Origin: a virus
Length of the DNA stretch: 64,000 bases
IMG/VR virus record: IMGVR_UViG_3300037193_001436
Coordinates: 43,210 to 107,209 of that record
Direction: 5' to 3' (one strand)
Below are positions 63,620 to 64,000 of this stretch, one piece after another. The notes under the pieces were generated by a model. That model searched no databases, was not told the origin of the DNA, and was given only the letters and a program-made list of their open reading frames with translations. Every line of letters begins with the position of its first letter. The first letter of the stretch is position 1. Position numbers and translations under genes: made by a program.

Positions 63620-64000
63620 ATGCCGCTGAAGCTCGACAAGCTGAAAATCGACCGGGGTCTGGGCATCCCGGTCTACCAACAGCTCGCCAACCACCTGCGC
63701 CAGGCGATCGTCACTGGCGACGTCCAGCCAGGCGACACGCTGCCCAGCGCCAAGGACATCCGCCAGCTCACCGGCATCAGCCGGGAGCCGGTCCTGCGGG
63801 CCCTGGACGTCCTCAGGAGCGAGGGCCTGGTCAACCCACCCCGGTCCGGCTTCCTGGCCACAGTGGCCCAGCCACGGCGTCCCAGACTGATGGGTCCGGC
63901 GCGCTACCGCGATCTCCTCAGCCGACTGCGCCAGGGCGAGCCGCTACCGAACGAGAACGCCTTCACCATCGAGAACGGCGCGAAGTGGCGGGACTACACC
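63620..64000 (+). CDS. GntR-family repressor (HutC/KorSA-like), runs off the right edge
   Basis: Not in ORF track. MPLKLDKL..PVYQQLANHLRQAI..G...PGDTLPS...GISR.PV..AL..L..EGLV. Confidence 0.9.
   Translation, partial: MPLKLDKLKIDRGLGIPVYQQLANHLRQAIVTGDVQPGDTLPSAKDIRQLTGISREPVLRALDVLRSEGLVNPPRSGFLATVAQPRRPRLMGPARYRDLLSRLRQGEPLPNENAFTIENGAKWRDYT

Larger units (their letters stand above)
1..64000. mobile_element. Actinobacterial contractile-tailed phage/prophage segment; ends not visible
   Basis: Contiguous terminase, portal, capsid, sheath, tube, baseplate, lysin and replication genes; WhiB and Lsr2 indicate an actinobacterial host; no host housekeeping genes seen. Confidence 0.95.

Noticed and set aside
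1-64000. Integrase, att sites, reverse transcriptase, tRNA genes
   Set aside because: No recognisable motifs found by eye; they may lie outside the window

Overview
The window is almost entirely one high-GC actinobacterial myophage or prophage segment, transcribed mostly on the minus strand. Its gene content resembles what I recall of Bxz1/cluster-C mycobacteriophage- and Rhodococcus E3-like myoviruses. From right to left: (1) a control region at about 60.1-64 kb (truncated GntR repressor with paired palindromic operators, WhiB, Lsr2-like protein, SOS-box-like palindrome, candidate structured RNA); (2) packaging and head genes (terminase, portal, scaffold, N4-gp56-type capsid); (3) a contractile tail and baseplate (sheath, tube, chaperone with candidate +1 frameshift, tape measure with M23 and transglycosylase domains, hub, gp25, J); (4) fibre/SGNH/holin genes; (5) a 4x23-bp iteron-like origin splitting a putative initiator; (6) a full replication/recombination set (DnaB, primase, SNF2, SSB, PolA, RecA, resolvase, WhiB, Cas4-like nuclease, RuvC, SpoVS); (7) a block of unknown genes with two opposite-strand mini-genes; (8) an M15 endolysin; and (9) a nucleotidyltransferase/HAD-like/TGT(DpdA)-like cluster running off the left edge. 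An AT-rich octamer, TAGTTGTT/AACAACTA, recurs at gene boundaries throughout. I saw no integrase, tRNA or CRISPR array. All calls come from motif recognition by eye, with no database searches.
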